Below, piece by piece: positions 42,400 to 52,063 of a stretch of 64,000 nt of DNA. The DNA lies in the IMG/VR virus record IMGVR_UViG_3300003322_001323, positions 10,534 to 74,533 of that record. One strand, 5' to 3'. A model generated the notes under the pieces. It was not told the DNA's origin and ran no database searches. It saw only the letters and a list, made by a program, of their open reading frames with translations. Each line of letters starts with the position of its first letter. The stretch's first letter is position 1. The DNA is from a virus. A program made the translations under genes and the position numbers.

Positions 42400-43892
42400 T
42401 TGAGCTGCACTTTACCGACAATCAGTGCGTAGTCAAGGGGCGCCCCGACCTGGGCGGCTTTCCCAATCCCTTCGCCGCGCTCAAGGCGGTGGAGCTGCTC
42501 GGCATGGATGAGATGCCGAACCGCAACTTTGATCGCGATGGTCGCATGCACGTTCGCACCTCGAACATCTCGAAGGCGAACATCTGCGATTATTACGGCC
42601 GCGAGATTCCGGGCTGGCAGCGCCTGGGCCTGGACCCGCTGAAGAAGTACAAGCTTTTACGGCATCCCGATGAGCTCGCCAAGGCCGCGCCGACCTTCAA
42701 CAATCTGCCGATCCTCATCAAGCACACGCACGTAACGGCCGACGATCATCAGCCGCACCTGATCGTGGGCACTACGGGCTCGGAGGCGCGTTACGAGCAT
42801 CCCTACATGAAAAACGGGACGAGCTTCTGGGCCGGTGGCGCCATCGACGGCATTCGCACCGAAGCCATGAACGAACTTTCCAGTTCCTACCATTACCGCC
42901 CGGATATGACGCCGGGTGAGTATGAGGGAGAGGCCTACGATGGAGTGATGCGAGACATCGTAGGAAACCACGTCGCATTGGTCCGTGATGGACGAGCCGG
43001 GGACGACGTCGTCGTCGGCGACAGCAAACCAGAGGAGTATCTTATGAGCAAGACTGTGTTGTCGCGCACGGCTCTCTACGCGGCCGGGGCCTTGCAAGCC
43101 CTGATCGGTGCGAAGCTGGCGATGGACTCCAAGCCGATTGACACGTCGGCGCTGTTCGAGGGTGTGACGTCCAAGAACTTTGACGAGCAGAAGGCGACCG
43201 TCAAGGCGCGCCTGCTGGAAGCGTTGAAGGGCGAAGGCGTCAAGCTGGCGCAGGATGCGCTGCCCGAAAACCTGGCCGGCCTCGCCGAGAAGATGGAGAT
43301 GCCGGCAGTGCAGGAGGGTGCCGACGCCGACCCGGAAACGGGCGCACCGCTGGATGCGGAAGCCCTGATGAAGGCGATGCACGATCCGGGCGCTTCCGAC
43401 ATCGATGTTGATTCCAAGCGGCGCGAGTTTCTCGCAGGCAAGCTCTCCGCCGATGACATGAAAGCCTACGACGCGATCGGCGGCGCACCGTCCGAAGAAA
43501 CCGTGGTTGTACCTGAAAAGGAGAAAATCGAGGACATGATCACCAAGCCGGCCATGGATGAGGCCATCAAGTCTGCCACTGACGCTGCCATTGCAGGCGA
43601 GCGTAAGAACCAGCAGGCCATCCAGGCCGCGCGCGAAGCGGTCGAGCCCTATGTCGGCAAGCTGGCGCTTGCGTTCGACAGCGCGCCCGACGTCTATCGC
43701 AAGGCCTTGGGCATGATGGGCGTGAAGGACGCGGACAAAATCCACGCCGATGCGCTCCCCCACGTGCTTTCTGCCCAGCGCAAGCCGGGTGAGCGCGTCA
43801 ACAGCGGTCGTCTGAGCCTGGCCCACGACGCCAAGCCGTCGGACGACTTTCACACCCGCTTCGCCGGTGCCTCGCGCATCGGGGTGGCGTAA
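42396..43892 (+). CDS. DUF2213 prohead protease/scaffold
   Basis: ISKANI..YYGREIP, ELSSSY, GNHVALV..GRAG. Confidence 0.9.
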   Translation: MIELHFTDNQCVVKGRPDLGGFPNPFAALKAVELLGMDEMPNRNFDRDGRMHVRTSNISKANICDYYGREIPGWQRLGLDPLKKYKLLRHPDELAKAAPTFNNLPILIKHTHVTADDHQPHLIVGTTGSEARYEHPYMKNGTSFWAGGAIDGIRTEAMNELSSSYHYRPDMTPGEYEGEAYDGVMRDIVGNHVALVRDGRAGDDVVVGDSKPEEYLMSKTVLSRTALYAAGALQALIGAKLAMDSKPIDTSALFEGVTSKNFDEQKATVKARLLEALKGEGVKLAQDALPENLAGLAEKMEMPAVQEGADADPETGAPLDAEALMKAMHDPGASDIDVDSKRREFLAGKLSADDMKAYDAIGGAPSEETVVVPEKEKIEDMITKPAMDEAIKSATDAAIAGERKNQQAIQAAREAVEPYVGKLALAFDSAPDVYRKALGMMGVKDADKIHADALPHVLSAQRKPGERVNSGRLSLAHDAKPSDDFHTRFAGASRIGVA

Positions 43893-43920
43893 AGATCAAT
43901 CTTGAAAGGAGATTGAAATT

Positions 43921-44889
43921 ATGAACGGCATTCAAACTCAGGTTGGCGCCGCACAGGCCCCCGCGGTAGCGGGTGATTGGGCCTCCGGCAACCCGCGCTC
44001 GTTCTTTGACGCTGGTCCGGGCGGTCTCGTGGCCGGCCTCGCTGGCGTTACCGTGGGCGTTTTCGCCTGGACGAGCGCACTGCGCGTCGATGGCGACGGC
44101 GCTCCCGCGGTGGCAAACAATTTCGGTGCGGGCCTTCCCACCGGCATTGTGCACCGCCAGCAGCAGGGCCTCATCACGACCTTCCTGGCCGACGCCTCGA
44201 TGGTCATCGTTCCCGGCACCCAGCTCGCCATCTGCACCGCAGGTGACATCTGGGTCAAGAACGATGGCTCCACGCAGGCGCTACCGGGCCAGAAGGTCTA
44301 TGCGAACCTCACGACCGGCAAGATCAACTTTGCCGCGACCGGGGCCGCCACGGCCGGCGCCACCAGCTCGGCGTCTTCCATCGCTGCCAGCACCTTCTCG
44401 GTGACTGGTTCCATTGCCGGAAACGTGTTGAGCGTTACCGCGGTGGGCTCGGGCACGGTGGTTCCCGGCGGCACCATCTCGGGCACCGGCATCGCGACCG
44501 GAACCAAGATCGTGTCGCAGCTCACCCCCCTGCTCTCGGGCGAAGCGCTGGGCGGCATTGGCCGTTACGCCGTTTCGATCCCCGAGCAGACCGTTGCTTC
44601 CACGACCGTCAGCGGTACTTATGGCACGCTGACCGTGGGCGGCACCGTGGCGGGCACCTTCGCCGTCGGTCAGGCCCTGGCCGCGACCGGCTCGGTGGTG
44701 GCGGGCACGACCATCACGGCGCTGGGCACCGGCACGGGCGGCGCCGGCACCTACATCGTGGACAACAACACGGTGGTTGCCTCGCAGGCGATCAACGTGC
44801 TGGCGGTCAACATCGAAACGCGGTGGTACGCGGTCAGTTCCGGCTTGGCCGGAGAGCTGGTCAAGATCACCACGCATCCGGTCGGCTAA
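43921..44889 (+). CDS. Head decoration/cement protein with inserted beta-rich modules
   Basis: PAVAGDWASGNPR, VHRQQQGLIT, GDIWV; directly upstream of capsid gene. Confidence 0.8.
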   Translation: MNGIQTQVGAAQAPAVAGDWASGNPRSFFDAGPGGLVAGLAGVTVGVFAWTSALRVDGDGAPAVANNFGAGLPTGIVHRQQQGLITTFLADASMVIVPGTQLAICTAGDIWVKNDGSTQALPGQKVYANLTTGKINFAATGAATAGATSSASSIAASTFSVTGSIAGNVLSVTAVGSGTVVPGGTISGTGIATGTKIVSQLTPLLSGEALGGIGRYAVSIPEQTVASTTVSGTYGTLTVGGTVAGTFAVGQALAATGSVVAGTTITALGTGTGGAGTYIVDNNTVVASQAINVLAVNIETRWYAVSSGLAGELVKITTHPVG

Positions 44890-44918
44890 CGGCCAACTCG
44901 AGAAGGAGCAACTGAACA

Positions 44919-46007
44919 ATGAATTTGATTGAAGCACAAGCCCTCTTCGAGTCGGATCGTCCGCATCTCGAAGAATTGGGTATCAGCCTGCCGGCGGTAC
45001 AGTCGTACCTGCCGACCGGCGCCAAGAAGGACTGGACGCTCGCCTTTGACGCCCAGCCCTCCCTCGTCACGGACCCGAACTCCGCCGTGCCGGCAATGCT
45101 CACCACCTTGATTGACCCCGATGTCATCAAGGTGCTGTTCTCGCCGACCAAGGCCGCCGAGATTCTCGGTGAAAAGCGCAAGGGTACCTGGCTGGATGAC
45201 GTCATCATGTTCCCGGTCACCGAAGACACCGGCGAGGTTTCCTCGTACGATGACTTCGCGGAGAACGGGCGCAGCGGCCTGAACGTCAACTGGCCGCAGC
45301 GCCAGTCGTATCTTTTCCAGATCATGAAGGAATACGGCGAGCGCGAGCTCGAGCGTGCCGGTCTGGCAAAGATCAACTGGGTGTCGAGCCTGGACCAGGC
45401 GGCAGCGGGCGTGATGAACCGCTTTCAGAACCTGTCCTACTTCTTCGGCATCGCCGGCCTGCAGAACTATGGTCTGCTCAACGATCCCAACCTGTCCGCC
45501 TCCCTTACCCCGGCCACCAAGGCCGCAGGCGGCGTCAAATGGATCAATGGCACCCAGATCGTGGCGACGGCCAACGAGGTCTATTCCGACATTCAATCGC
45601 TGTTCTTCCAGCTGGTTTCCCAGGCTGGTGGTACCATCGACCAGAACGCGGAAATGACTCTCGCCATGTCGCCGACCTCGGAGGTGGCTCTTACCGCCAC
45701 CAACTCGTTCGGCGTCAACGTGACCGACCTGTTGAAGAAGAACTTCCCCAACATGAAGGTCATCACCGCCGTGCAGTATGGCGTGGTCTCTGCCGCCAAT
45801 CCCAATGGCGTCGCGGCCGGCAACCTGGTGCAGCTGATCGCGGGTCGCGTGGACGGTCAGGAGACCGGTTTTGCGGCCTTCAACGAGAAGATGCGCCAGC
45901 ACAACCTCATCAAGGCCACCTCGTCCTTCAAGCAGAAGGTCTCGGGCGGCACCTGGGGTGCGGTCATCCGGCAGGCGTTCGCCATTTCCTCGATGGTGGG
46001 CGTGTAA
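44919..46007 (+). CDS. Major capsid protein (DUF2184-type)
   Basis: NWPQRQSY, YGERELE, GLQNYGLLNDPNL, GGTWGAVI. Confidence 0.92.
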   Translation: MNLIEAQALFESDRPHLEELGISLPAVQSYLPTGAKKDWTLAFDAQPSLVTDPNSAVPAMLTTLIDPDVIKVLFSPTKAAEILGEKRKGTWLDDVIMFPVTEDTGEVSSYDDFAENGRSGLNVNWPQRQSYLFQIMKEYGERELERAGLAKINWVSSLDQAAAGVMNRFQNLSYFFGIAGLQNYGLLNDPNLSASLTPATKAAGGVKWINGTQIVATANEVYSDIQSLFFQLVSQAGGTIDQNAEMTLAMSPTSEVALTATNSFGVNVTDLLKKNFPNMKVITAVQYGVVSAANPNGVAAGNLVQLIAGRVDGQETGFAAFNEKMRQHNLIKATSSFKQKVSGGTWGAVIRQAFAISSMVGV

Positions 46008-46070
46008 CTCCAACCCTTGGCGTCTTGCGGGGCCGGTAGGAGTCCGGCTCCCGTCGCCTGGAGAATTTCA

Positions 46071-46598
46071 ATGAGCAAAACCCAACAGAAGCTGGCGCTC
46101 GCGAAAACCGTGACCGTTGGCCTCAAGCATCCCAGCGGCCTCATCCTGCGTCTCTTCAAGGAGCAGGAGGTTACCGAGCAGACCCCCTCGGGTCCGCGCC
46201 AAGTCAGGCAGTTCTTCCCGAACCTGGAAGCGGGAACCGTGGCAATCAAGGGCTATGGCGGCGCCGCGTTCGGCCAGGTGCAGCCGCACCGCATCATCGG
46301 CCAGTACGCACTGACCCAGGGCGTCCCGGCCGATTTCATTCAGGAATGGCTGAAGCAGAACCAGGACCACGACCTGGTGAAGAACAACCTCATCTTCATT
46401 CACGCGGATGAAGCCGACGCCGCGGCCCAGGGCAAGGACCAGCAGACCGTCTGGGATGGCCTCCACCCCCTGCGCATGCATTCCGCCAAGAAGGACCCCC
46501 GCGTGCCGAAGAAGGTGCGTCAGCTGTCCAAGAACGACGGCGACGAGGCCAACAACGACACCATGCCCATGACGGCGCCTGCCTCGGCGGCTGCCTAA
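46071..46598 (+). CDS. Conserved virion-module protein
   Basis: VTVGLKHPSGLIL, YALTQGVPADF..EW. Confidence 0.75.
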   Translation: MSKTQQKLALAKTVTVGLKHPSGLILRLFKEQEVTEQTPSGPRQVRQFFPNLEAGTVAIKGYGGAAFGQVQPHRIIGQYALTQGVPADFIQEWLKQNQDHDLVKNNLIFIHADEADAAAQGKDQQTVWDGLHPLRMHSAKKDPRVPKKVRQLSKNDGDEANNDTMPMTAPASAAA

Positions 46599-46600
46599 TC

Positions 46601-47065
46601 ATGGGTTGCGGAGGCGCCATCGCCACGCCGGACTACGCCGCGTGGCTGCTGCTTTTTCCCAACTTCTCCAATATCACGTCGGACCAGTATAACGCATGCT
46701 GGGACCTGGCCACGCAGTTCTGTCGCAACGATGGAACTGGGCCCGTGACGAAGGAAGCGGTGCAGCAGCGCCTCCTCAACCTGCTCGCCGCGCACTGGGC
46801 GTTCCTGCTTTATGGGGACGCCCAGAGCGGCGGCGCGTCGCAGCTCGTGGGTCGCATCAGCAGCGCGGCCGAGGGCTCGGTGAACGTCAGCACCGAAAAC
46901 AATTATCCGCCGGGTACCGTGCAGTGGTTTCAGCAAACCAAGTACGGCTCGGCCTTCTGGGCGGCCTCGGCGCCCTATCGCACCTTCCGGTATCGCAGCT
47001 TCCTGACGGACGCAGCGATTGCCGGTACCTACAACCCGACCTTTCCGGTCATTTTTTCCAACTAG
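46601..47065 (+). CDS. DUF4054 head-tail adaptor
   Basis: LLNLLAAH, VGRISSAAEGSVNVS, WFQQTKYG..FW. Confidence 0.88.
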   Translation: MGCGGAIATPDYAAWLLLFPNFSNITSDQYNACWDLATQFCRNDGTGPVTKEAVQQRLLNLLAAHWAFLLYGDAQSGGASQLVGRISSAAEGSVNVSTENNYPPGTVQWFQQTKYGSAFWAASAPYRTFRYRSFLTDAAIAGTYNPTFPVIFSN

Positions 47066-47074
47066 GAGTGGATC

Positions 47075-47332
47075 ATGGATTTGGACGCACAGCTGAAGTC
47101 GTTGAATGCTCGCGTGACGGTTCTGGAGGGGCTGGTGCAGCTCTTGCTGGGCGTGCCCGGCCTGCGCGAGGAGGCGGAGCGCGCCGCGCTGGAGCGCGCG
47201 GAGGCGGAGAAGCGCGCGCCGCAGGTGGAGCAGGGGGGTAAGGTCGAGGAGGTCGCTCCGGTCGAGGAGGTCGCTCCGGTCGAGGAGGTCGCTCCGGTCG
47301 AGGACCCCGCCAACCCGAGCGCGCAAGCCTAA
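47075..47332 (+). CDS. Hypothetical protein with VEEVAP repeats
   Basis: AGGAG RBS. Confidence 0.65.
   Translation: MDLDAQLKSLNARVTVLEGLVQLLLGVPGLREEAERAALERAEAEKRAPQVEQGGKVEEVAPVEEVAPVEEVAPVEDPANPSAQA
47242..47304 (+). repeat. 18-bp tandem repeat x3.5
   Basis: GGTCGAGGAGGTCGCTCC perfect units. Confidence 0.95.
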
Positions 47333-47830
47333 ATGAAGGTAAAGGGCGGCGAGAAGTTTGAGGCGGCGCTCAAGCAAATCGCCGCCGACCTCTCGCAGCC
47401 CGGCAAGGTGCGCGTCGGCTTTCTGGAGGGCGCTACCTACCCCGACGGGCAGACCGTGGCGGAGGTGGCGTTCTATAACGAATACGGCCGCATGGTTCGT
47501 GGCAACCTAGAGGAAAGCGCCAGCGGGAAGGGCGATCTTTACTATCAGCTGCCGCGGCCGTTTTTTCGCAACATGCTCGACGCCAAGAGCGGCGAGTGGC
47601 CGGAAGCCGTGCGAAGGAACCTCAAGGATACGAAATACAACATTCCACTGACGCTGCAGCGTGTTGGAGAGGGAATCAAGGGCCAGCTGCAGCAGAGCAT
47701 TCGCGACCTGGTATCGCCGCCATTGGCGCCGAGTACCATTCAAAAGAAGGGCTTTGACAAGCCCCTCATTGATACGGGACACATGATAAATAGCGTGGCC
47801 TACCAGGTGGTGGCGGAGAAAATTAAGTGA
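47333..47830 (+). CDS. Neck/tail completion protein
   Basis: VGFLEGATYPDG, PRPFFR, KPLIDTGHMINSV. Confidence 0.85.
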   Translation: MKVKGGEKFEAALKQIAADLSQPGKVRVGFLEGATYPDGQTVAEVAFYNEYGRMVRGNLEESASGKGDLYYQLPRPFFRNMLDAKSGEWPEAVRRNLKDTKYNIPLTLQRVGEGIKGQLQQSIRDLVSPPLAPSTIQKKGFDKPLIDTGHMINSVAYQVVAEKIK

Positions 47831-48219
47831 CGGTTGGTGGTGGGTTGAATCTTCATGGTATCGTGCGCGGTGCCATTACAACCGTCAACGAGGACGTAAC
47901 GGTAGCCTATGAGCGCAGCAACGGCTTCACTATCGGCGCGAGCGGCAAGACTACGCCGGCTTATTCGCCGGTAGAGTCGATTCGAGCGCAGTTTCAGGCG
48001 TTGACCTTTAAGGACCTGCAGCAGCTTGATGGAATAAACCAGAATGGTATGCGTCGCGCCGTTTACCTTTATGGAACGGTTGACGGCGTGGTTCGGGCTG
48101 ACGCCAAGGGAGGTGACCTTATAACGGATTCCGAAAATCATCTATGGCTCGTGACCCAGAACTTGGAGCAGTGGCCATACTGGTGCAAGGTGGCCGTAAC
48201 CCTTCAAAATGGGAGCTGA
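47827..48219 (+). CDS. Head-closure/adaptor protein
   Basis: NLHGIV, QFQAL...DL, KGGDL, EQWP.W. Confidence 0.8.
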   Translation: MTVGGGLNLHGIVRGAITTVNEDVTVAYERSNGFTIGASGKTTPAYSPVESIRAQFQALTFKDLQQLDGINQNGMRRAVYLYGTVDGVVRADAKGGDLITDSENHLWLVTQNLEQWPYWCKVAVTLQNGS

Positions 48220-48221
48220 AC

Positions 48222-48296
48222 ATGCGCTATCTTTCAGATTTGTGGGCCGCGATGGTGACGGCGATGCTGGTCTTGGCTTTTCCGGATATGACGTAG
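48222..48296 (+). CDS. Possible 24-aa hydrophobic peptide
   Basis: GGGAG RBS; fills the gap. Confidence 0.3.
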   Translation: MRYLSDLWAAMVTAMLVLAFPDMT

Positions 48297-48306
48297 GAGC
48301 TTTATT

Positions 48307-48657
48307 ATGAACCGTTTTCTCTCTTTCCTGTTCGGCGCGATCCTGCTGGGCCTTTCGGCCGACGTGGCGAGCGCGGACGGCTGGGTGCAGCAGGTACCGC
48401 TCGGTTATCAGCAGATTACGTCGCTGGGCACCGCTCAGGCCCTCACGGTACCCAGTGGCGCCACTCAGGCGGTGATTTATGTGGAGGCCCAGGCGGTGCG
48501 CTATCGCGACGATGGCACGAACCCCACCGCTACGGTGGGCGCGCCGCTTGCCGTTACCGGGAGCGGCCAGCCGTTGGTTTACAACGGGACCTTGAGCGCT
48601 ATTCGTTTCATCGAGCAGACCTCGGGAGCGAAAATCAACATTCTTTATTATCGCTAA
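48307..48657 (+). CDS. Beta-rich protein with Sec-type signal peptide
   Basis: MNRFLSFLFGAILLGLSADVASA; VRYRDDGTNPT. Confidence 0.75.
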   Translation: MNRFLSFLFGAILLGLSADVASADGWVQQVPLGYQQITSLGTAQALTVPSGATQAVIYVEAQAVRYRDDGTNPTATVGAPLAVTGSGQPLVYNGTLSAIRFIEQTSGAKINILYYR

Positions 48658-49437
48658 ATGGCGCTGCTCGTCTCCCCCACCCAGGAGGAGACCCTCACGG
48701 TCTTAAAGGGCTATCTGGATTCCATCGTGGGGCCGGCGCCCGTGCTGCAGGCTCAGGGCAATCGTGTGCCCGAGGTGGCGGCCGATGCCTTTGTGCTGAT
48801 GACACCGGGAAACCGGGTACGGCTCTCAACGAACCGTGACAGCTTTTTGGACTGCGCCTTTACCGCTTCGATCAGCAATGACCAGCTAACGGTAACGGCG
48901 GTGGCGATCGGGGTAATTGTCACTCCAGCGCAGATTTTTTCACCCTCGTTCGATCTGGGTACGCCGGTTACCATTTTAAGCCAGCTTTCCGGTGATCCTG
49001 GTGGGGTTGGCGTGTATCAGCTCTCCGCGGCGCCTGACGTCGACGCGCATTCCGACGTGGGTGAGTTCGTGATTGGCGAGAGCCCGGTGGAGGGTACCAA
49101 GTTTGCCTCGGGCCAGGAGGGCGCGCTACAGCCCACCAAGTTCCGGGTGCAGCTGGACGTGCACGGCGAAGCCAGCGCGGACCTCTCCCAGATTATTTCA
49201 ACCATGCTCTGGGATGAGCAGGCCTTTGACTTCTTCAAGGCAGCCAATCCCAACGTGCTGCCGCTCTACTGCGACGATCCGCGTCAGCTGCCGTTCAACA
49301 ACGATCAGAGCCAGGTTGAAAACCGCTGGGTTGTTGACGTCTATCTTCAAGTAAACGCTACGGTGCGGGCACCGCAGCAATTTGCCGACCAGGTAGCGGT
49401 TGGCCTTATCAATGTCGATGCCACCTATCCCCCGTGA
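48658..49437 (+). CDS. Tail terminator/neck protein with inserted module
   Basis: QGNRVPE, VQLDVHG, PLYCDDPRQ, ENRW. Confidence 0.8.
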   Translation: MALLVSPTQEETLTVLKGYLDSIVGPAPVLQAQGNRVPEVAADAFVLMTPGNRVRLSTNRDSFLDCAFTASISNDQLTVTAVAIGVIVTPAQIFSPSFDLGTPVTILSQLSGDPGGVGVYQLSAAPDVDAHSDVGEFVIGESPVEGTKFASGQEGALQPTKFRVQLDVHGEASADLSQIISTMLWDEQAFDFFKAANPNVLPLYCDDPRQLPFNNDQSQVENRWVVDVYLQVNATVRAPQQFADQVAVGLINVDATYPP

Positions 49438-49447
49438 GGAGTGAAGA

Positions 49448-50956
49448 ATGAGCCTTGTCAATAGCATTCCGGCCAGCGAGCTGGTCCAGGTCAACCCCAA
49501 CGTTTTGAGCGCCGGCGGCGAATCGCTGGACGTTATCGCCATGGTGCTGACCGACAGCGCCCGCGTTCCGATCGGCGCCGTGCAGTCCTTTGCCGACGCT
49601 GAGAGCGTTCGCGCCTATTTCGGTACCGGGTCCAATGAGGATACCTTCGCCACCAAGTATTTCGCCGGCTTTGTGGGCCGTTCCATGATTCCGGCATCCA
49701 TCCTGTTCACGCAGTATCCGACCGCCGACGTCGCGGCCTTCATGCGGGGTGGATCGGGCCTGACGCTCAACCAGGTAAAGGCGGTGACCTCGGGCACGAT
49801 TGCCGTTACGGTGGACGGCACGCTGAATACCTCCTCGGCGATCAACCTGGCCGCAGCCACGAGCTTCTCCAACGCTGCAACCCTGATCCAGGCCGCCTTT
49901 ACCACGCCGAATTTCACCGTAACCTGGGACAGCATCATTGGAGCGTTCGTATTCACGAGCTCCACGACCGGTGCCACCTCCACCATTACCTTTGGCAGCG
50001 GCGCTGCGGCGACCGCTCTATTGCTGACCTCGGCCACCGGAGCGGTGCTGAGCCAGGGCGCCGATGCCGCCACGCCCGATGCCTTCATGGATAACATCGT
50101 GGACAACCTCAGCCAGAACTGGGTGACCTTCGCGCTGACCTTCGATCCCGATACCGGCGGCGCCAACACCAACAAGCTGGCCTTCGCCCAGTGGAACAGC
50201 GATCAGAACCAGAAGTTTGCCTTTATCTGCTGGGACCCCGATGCCGCGCCGTTCAACAGCAGCTCGGCGCCCACCAGCCTGGGTGCGCTGATCGCGGCGG
50301 CCGACATCTCCGGTACCTGCCTGATTTGGGGCCCGAGCTTCGACAAGGCCGCCTTCATCTGCGGTACCGCGGCCTCGATCGACTTTACCCGCACCAATGG
50401 CCGCATTACCTTCGCCTTCCGCCGGCAGGACGGCCTGGTGGCCGACGTCACCAACCAGTTTGGCGCCAACAACCTGCTGGCCAACGGCTACAATTTCTAC
50501 GGCGCCTATGCCACGCGCTCCGACCAGTTCAATATCTTCTATGATGGCTCGGTATCGGGCGATTTCGACTGGCTGGACAGCTACATCAATCAAATCTGGC
50601 TGAACAGTGCGCTGCAGGAGGCCATCGCTACCGGCATGCAGAGCGCCAAATCCATCCCGTACAACTCGGCTGGTTACGCGCTCATCGAAGCCTTCTGCAT
50701 GGACCCGATCAACGCCGCACTCAACTTCGGCGCCATTCGCACGGGTGTAACGCTATCGGCCTCGCAGATCGAGCAAATCAACCTGGCCGCCGGCGCCGAT
50801 GTGGCACCCGTCGTGCAGACGCGCGGCTGGTATCTCCAGGTGAAGGATGCCAGCCCGCAGGTTCGCGCCCAGCGCGGCTCTCCCCCCTGCACCCTCTGGT
50901 ACGCCGATGGCGGCTCGGTCCAAAAGATCGTGCTCGACTCGATCGAAGTGCAGTAA
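49448..50956 (+). CDS. Tail sheath protein (DUF3383-type)
   Basis: IPAS.LV.VNP, NGRIT.AF, NGYNFYG, WLDSYINQIWLN, WYADGGSVQ. Confidence 0.92.
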   Translation: MSLVNSIPASELVQVNPNVLSAGGESLDVIAMVLTDSARVPIGAVQSFADAESVRAYFGTGSNEDTFATKYFAGFVGRSMIPASILFTQYPTADVAAFMRGGSGLTLNQVKAVTSGTIAVTVDGTLNTSSAINLAAATSFSNAATLIQAAFTTPNFTVTWDSIIGAFVFTSSTTGATSTITFGSGAAATALLLTSATGAVLSQGADAATPDAFMDNIVDNLSQNWVTFALTFDPDTGGANTNKLAFAQWNSDQNQKFAFICWDPDAAPFNSSSAPTSLGALIAAADISGTCLIWGPSFDKAAFICGTAASIDFTRTNGRITFAFRRQDGLVADVTNQFGANNLLANGYNFYGAYATRSDQFNIFYDGSVSGDFDWLDSYINQIWLNSALQEAIATGMQSAKSIPYNSAGYALIEAFCMDPINAALNFGAIRTGVTLSASQIEQINLAAGADVAPVVQTRGWYLQVKDASPQVRAQRGSPPCTLWYADGGSVQKIVLDSIEVQ

Positions 50957-50983
50957 TTCAACCGAACCGAGAGGATTTAATCC

Positions 50984-51415
50984 ATGCCCTCCTTGACCGG
51001 CGCAACCGCCGTTATTCAGCTCCAAATTCCGGGGCTCTACGATCAGCCGCAGTATCTTCAGGGGTTTGCGGCTGACGACGTTTTCGACACCGAAGCCATC
51101 CAGAACGTGGAAACCCTGATGGGTGTCGATGGAGTCATGTCGGCTGGCTTCGTCTGGGTTCCGAAAACCATGAACATCGCGCTGCAGTCGGATTCACCTT
51201 CCAATGCCGTCTTCGACAACTGGTATTCGGTTCAAGAGGCGCAGACCGACGTTTATTTCGCCAATGCGGTGGTGATGCTGCGGGCCCTGGGTCAGAAGTG
51301 GAATTTGACCAAGGGCGTGCTGCAGAGCTATACGCCCATTCCGGCGACCAAGAAGCTCATTCAGCCGCGCCGCTATGGCATCCTCTGGAACCTGATGAGC
51401 CCCGCGCCCGTCTAA
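50984..51415 (+). CDS. Tail tube protein
   Basis: LQGFAADD, MGVDG.MSAG; follows sheath. Confidence 0.85.
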   Translation: MPSLTGATAVIQLQIPGLYDQPQYLQGFAADDVFDTEAIQNVETLMGVDGVMSAGFVWVPKTMNIALQSDSPSNAVFDNWYSVQEAQTDVYFANAVVMLRALGQKWNLTKGVLQSYTPIPATKKLIQPRRYGILWNLMSPAPV

Positions 51416-51449
51416 GGAGTTTTTCACCGCCTAATCGTAGGGAGACGAG

Positions 51450-51944
51450 ATGGCACGCCGAACTAAGGACGTTACGATCAAGGCCGAGGGCCGCGATCAG
51501 GGAAAAATGTTCCGCATTACCGAAATGGCCGCGGAACGGGGCGAGGAGTGGGCCATGCGAGCTATCATGGCCCTCACCAAGGCGGGCGTGGAGCTTCCCG
51601 AGGGAACGGCCGGCATGGAGGGTATTGCCACTGCCGGCCTGACGGAACTTGGGAAGCTGCAGTTTACCGAGGTAAAGCTGCTGATGGACGAGATGTTTGC
51701 CTGCATAGAACGCATTCCCGATCCTAAAAACCTCAGCGTGGTGCGGCCGCTCGTTTCAGATGACACGGAGGAGGTGCGCACGCGGCTCACCTTGCGCGCG
51801 GAGGTCTGGACGTTGCACACGGGTTTTTCATTTCCCGGGCTCCCCTCGACGGGCTCGAGCTCGGGAACGGACGAGAAACCCGGCAATTCCTCCGCCCAGT
51901 CAACATCTCACCGGCCCTCTCGGCGGTTTCGTCGTCGGGGCTAG
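51450..51944 (+). CDS. Tail assembly chaperone (short form)
   Basis: GRDQGKMFRITEM, DTEEVRTRL.LR; between tube and tape measure. Confidence 0.85.
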   Translation: MARRTKDVTIKAEGRDQGKMFRITEMAAERGEEWAMRAIMALTKAGVELPEGTAGMEGIATAGLTELGKLQFTEVKLLMDEMFACIERIPDPKNLSVVRPLVSDDTEEVRTRLTLRAEVWTLHTGFSFPGLPSTGSSSGTDEKPGNSSAQSTSHRPSRRFRRRG

Positions 51945-52063
51945 CGAGCTGGGCAGATTTGAGCACCGTGCTGGGAGTAAAGGACCTCTATGACCTGCTG
52001 GAAATTGCCGCGGTGAACGCGCATAACGAACGCGTAGCTCGCAAGCTGGCGGAGCATAAGTAG
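51450..52063 (+). CDS. Tail assembly chaperone, -1 frameshift long form
   Basis: G GGT TTT slippery site at 51821-51827; -1 frame open to TAG 52061-52063. Confidence 0.8.

Noticed and set aside
42657-46013. Long minus-strand ORFs 42657-43853 and 44886-46013
   Set aside because: Antisense shadows of the protease and capsid genes
46028-46054. Intrinsic terminator after the capsid gene
   Set aside because: GC hairpin present but no U tract; too weak to call
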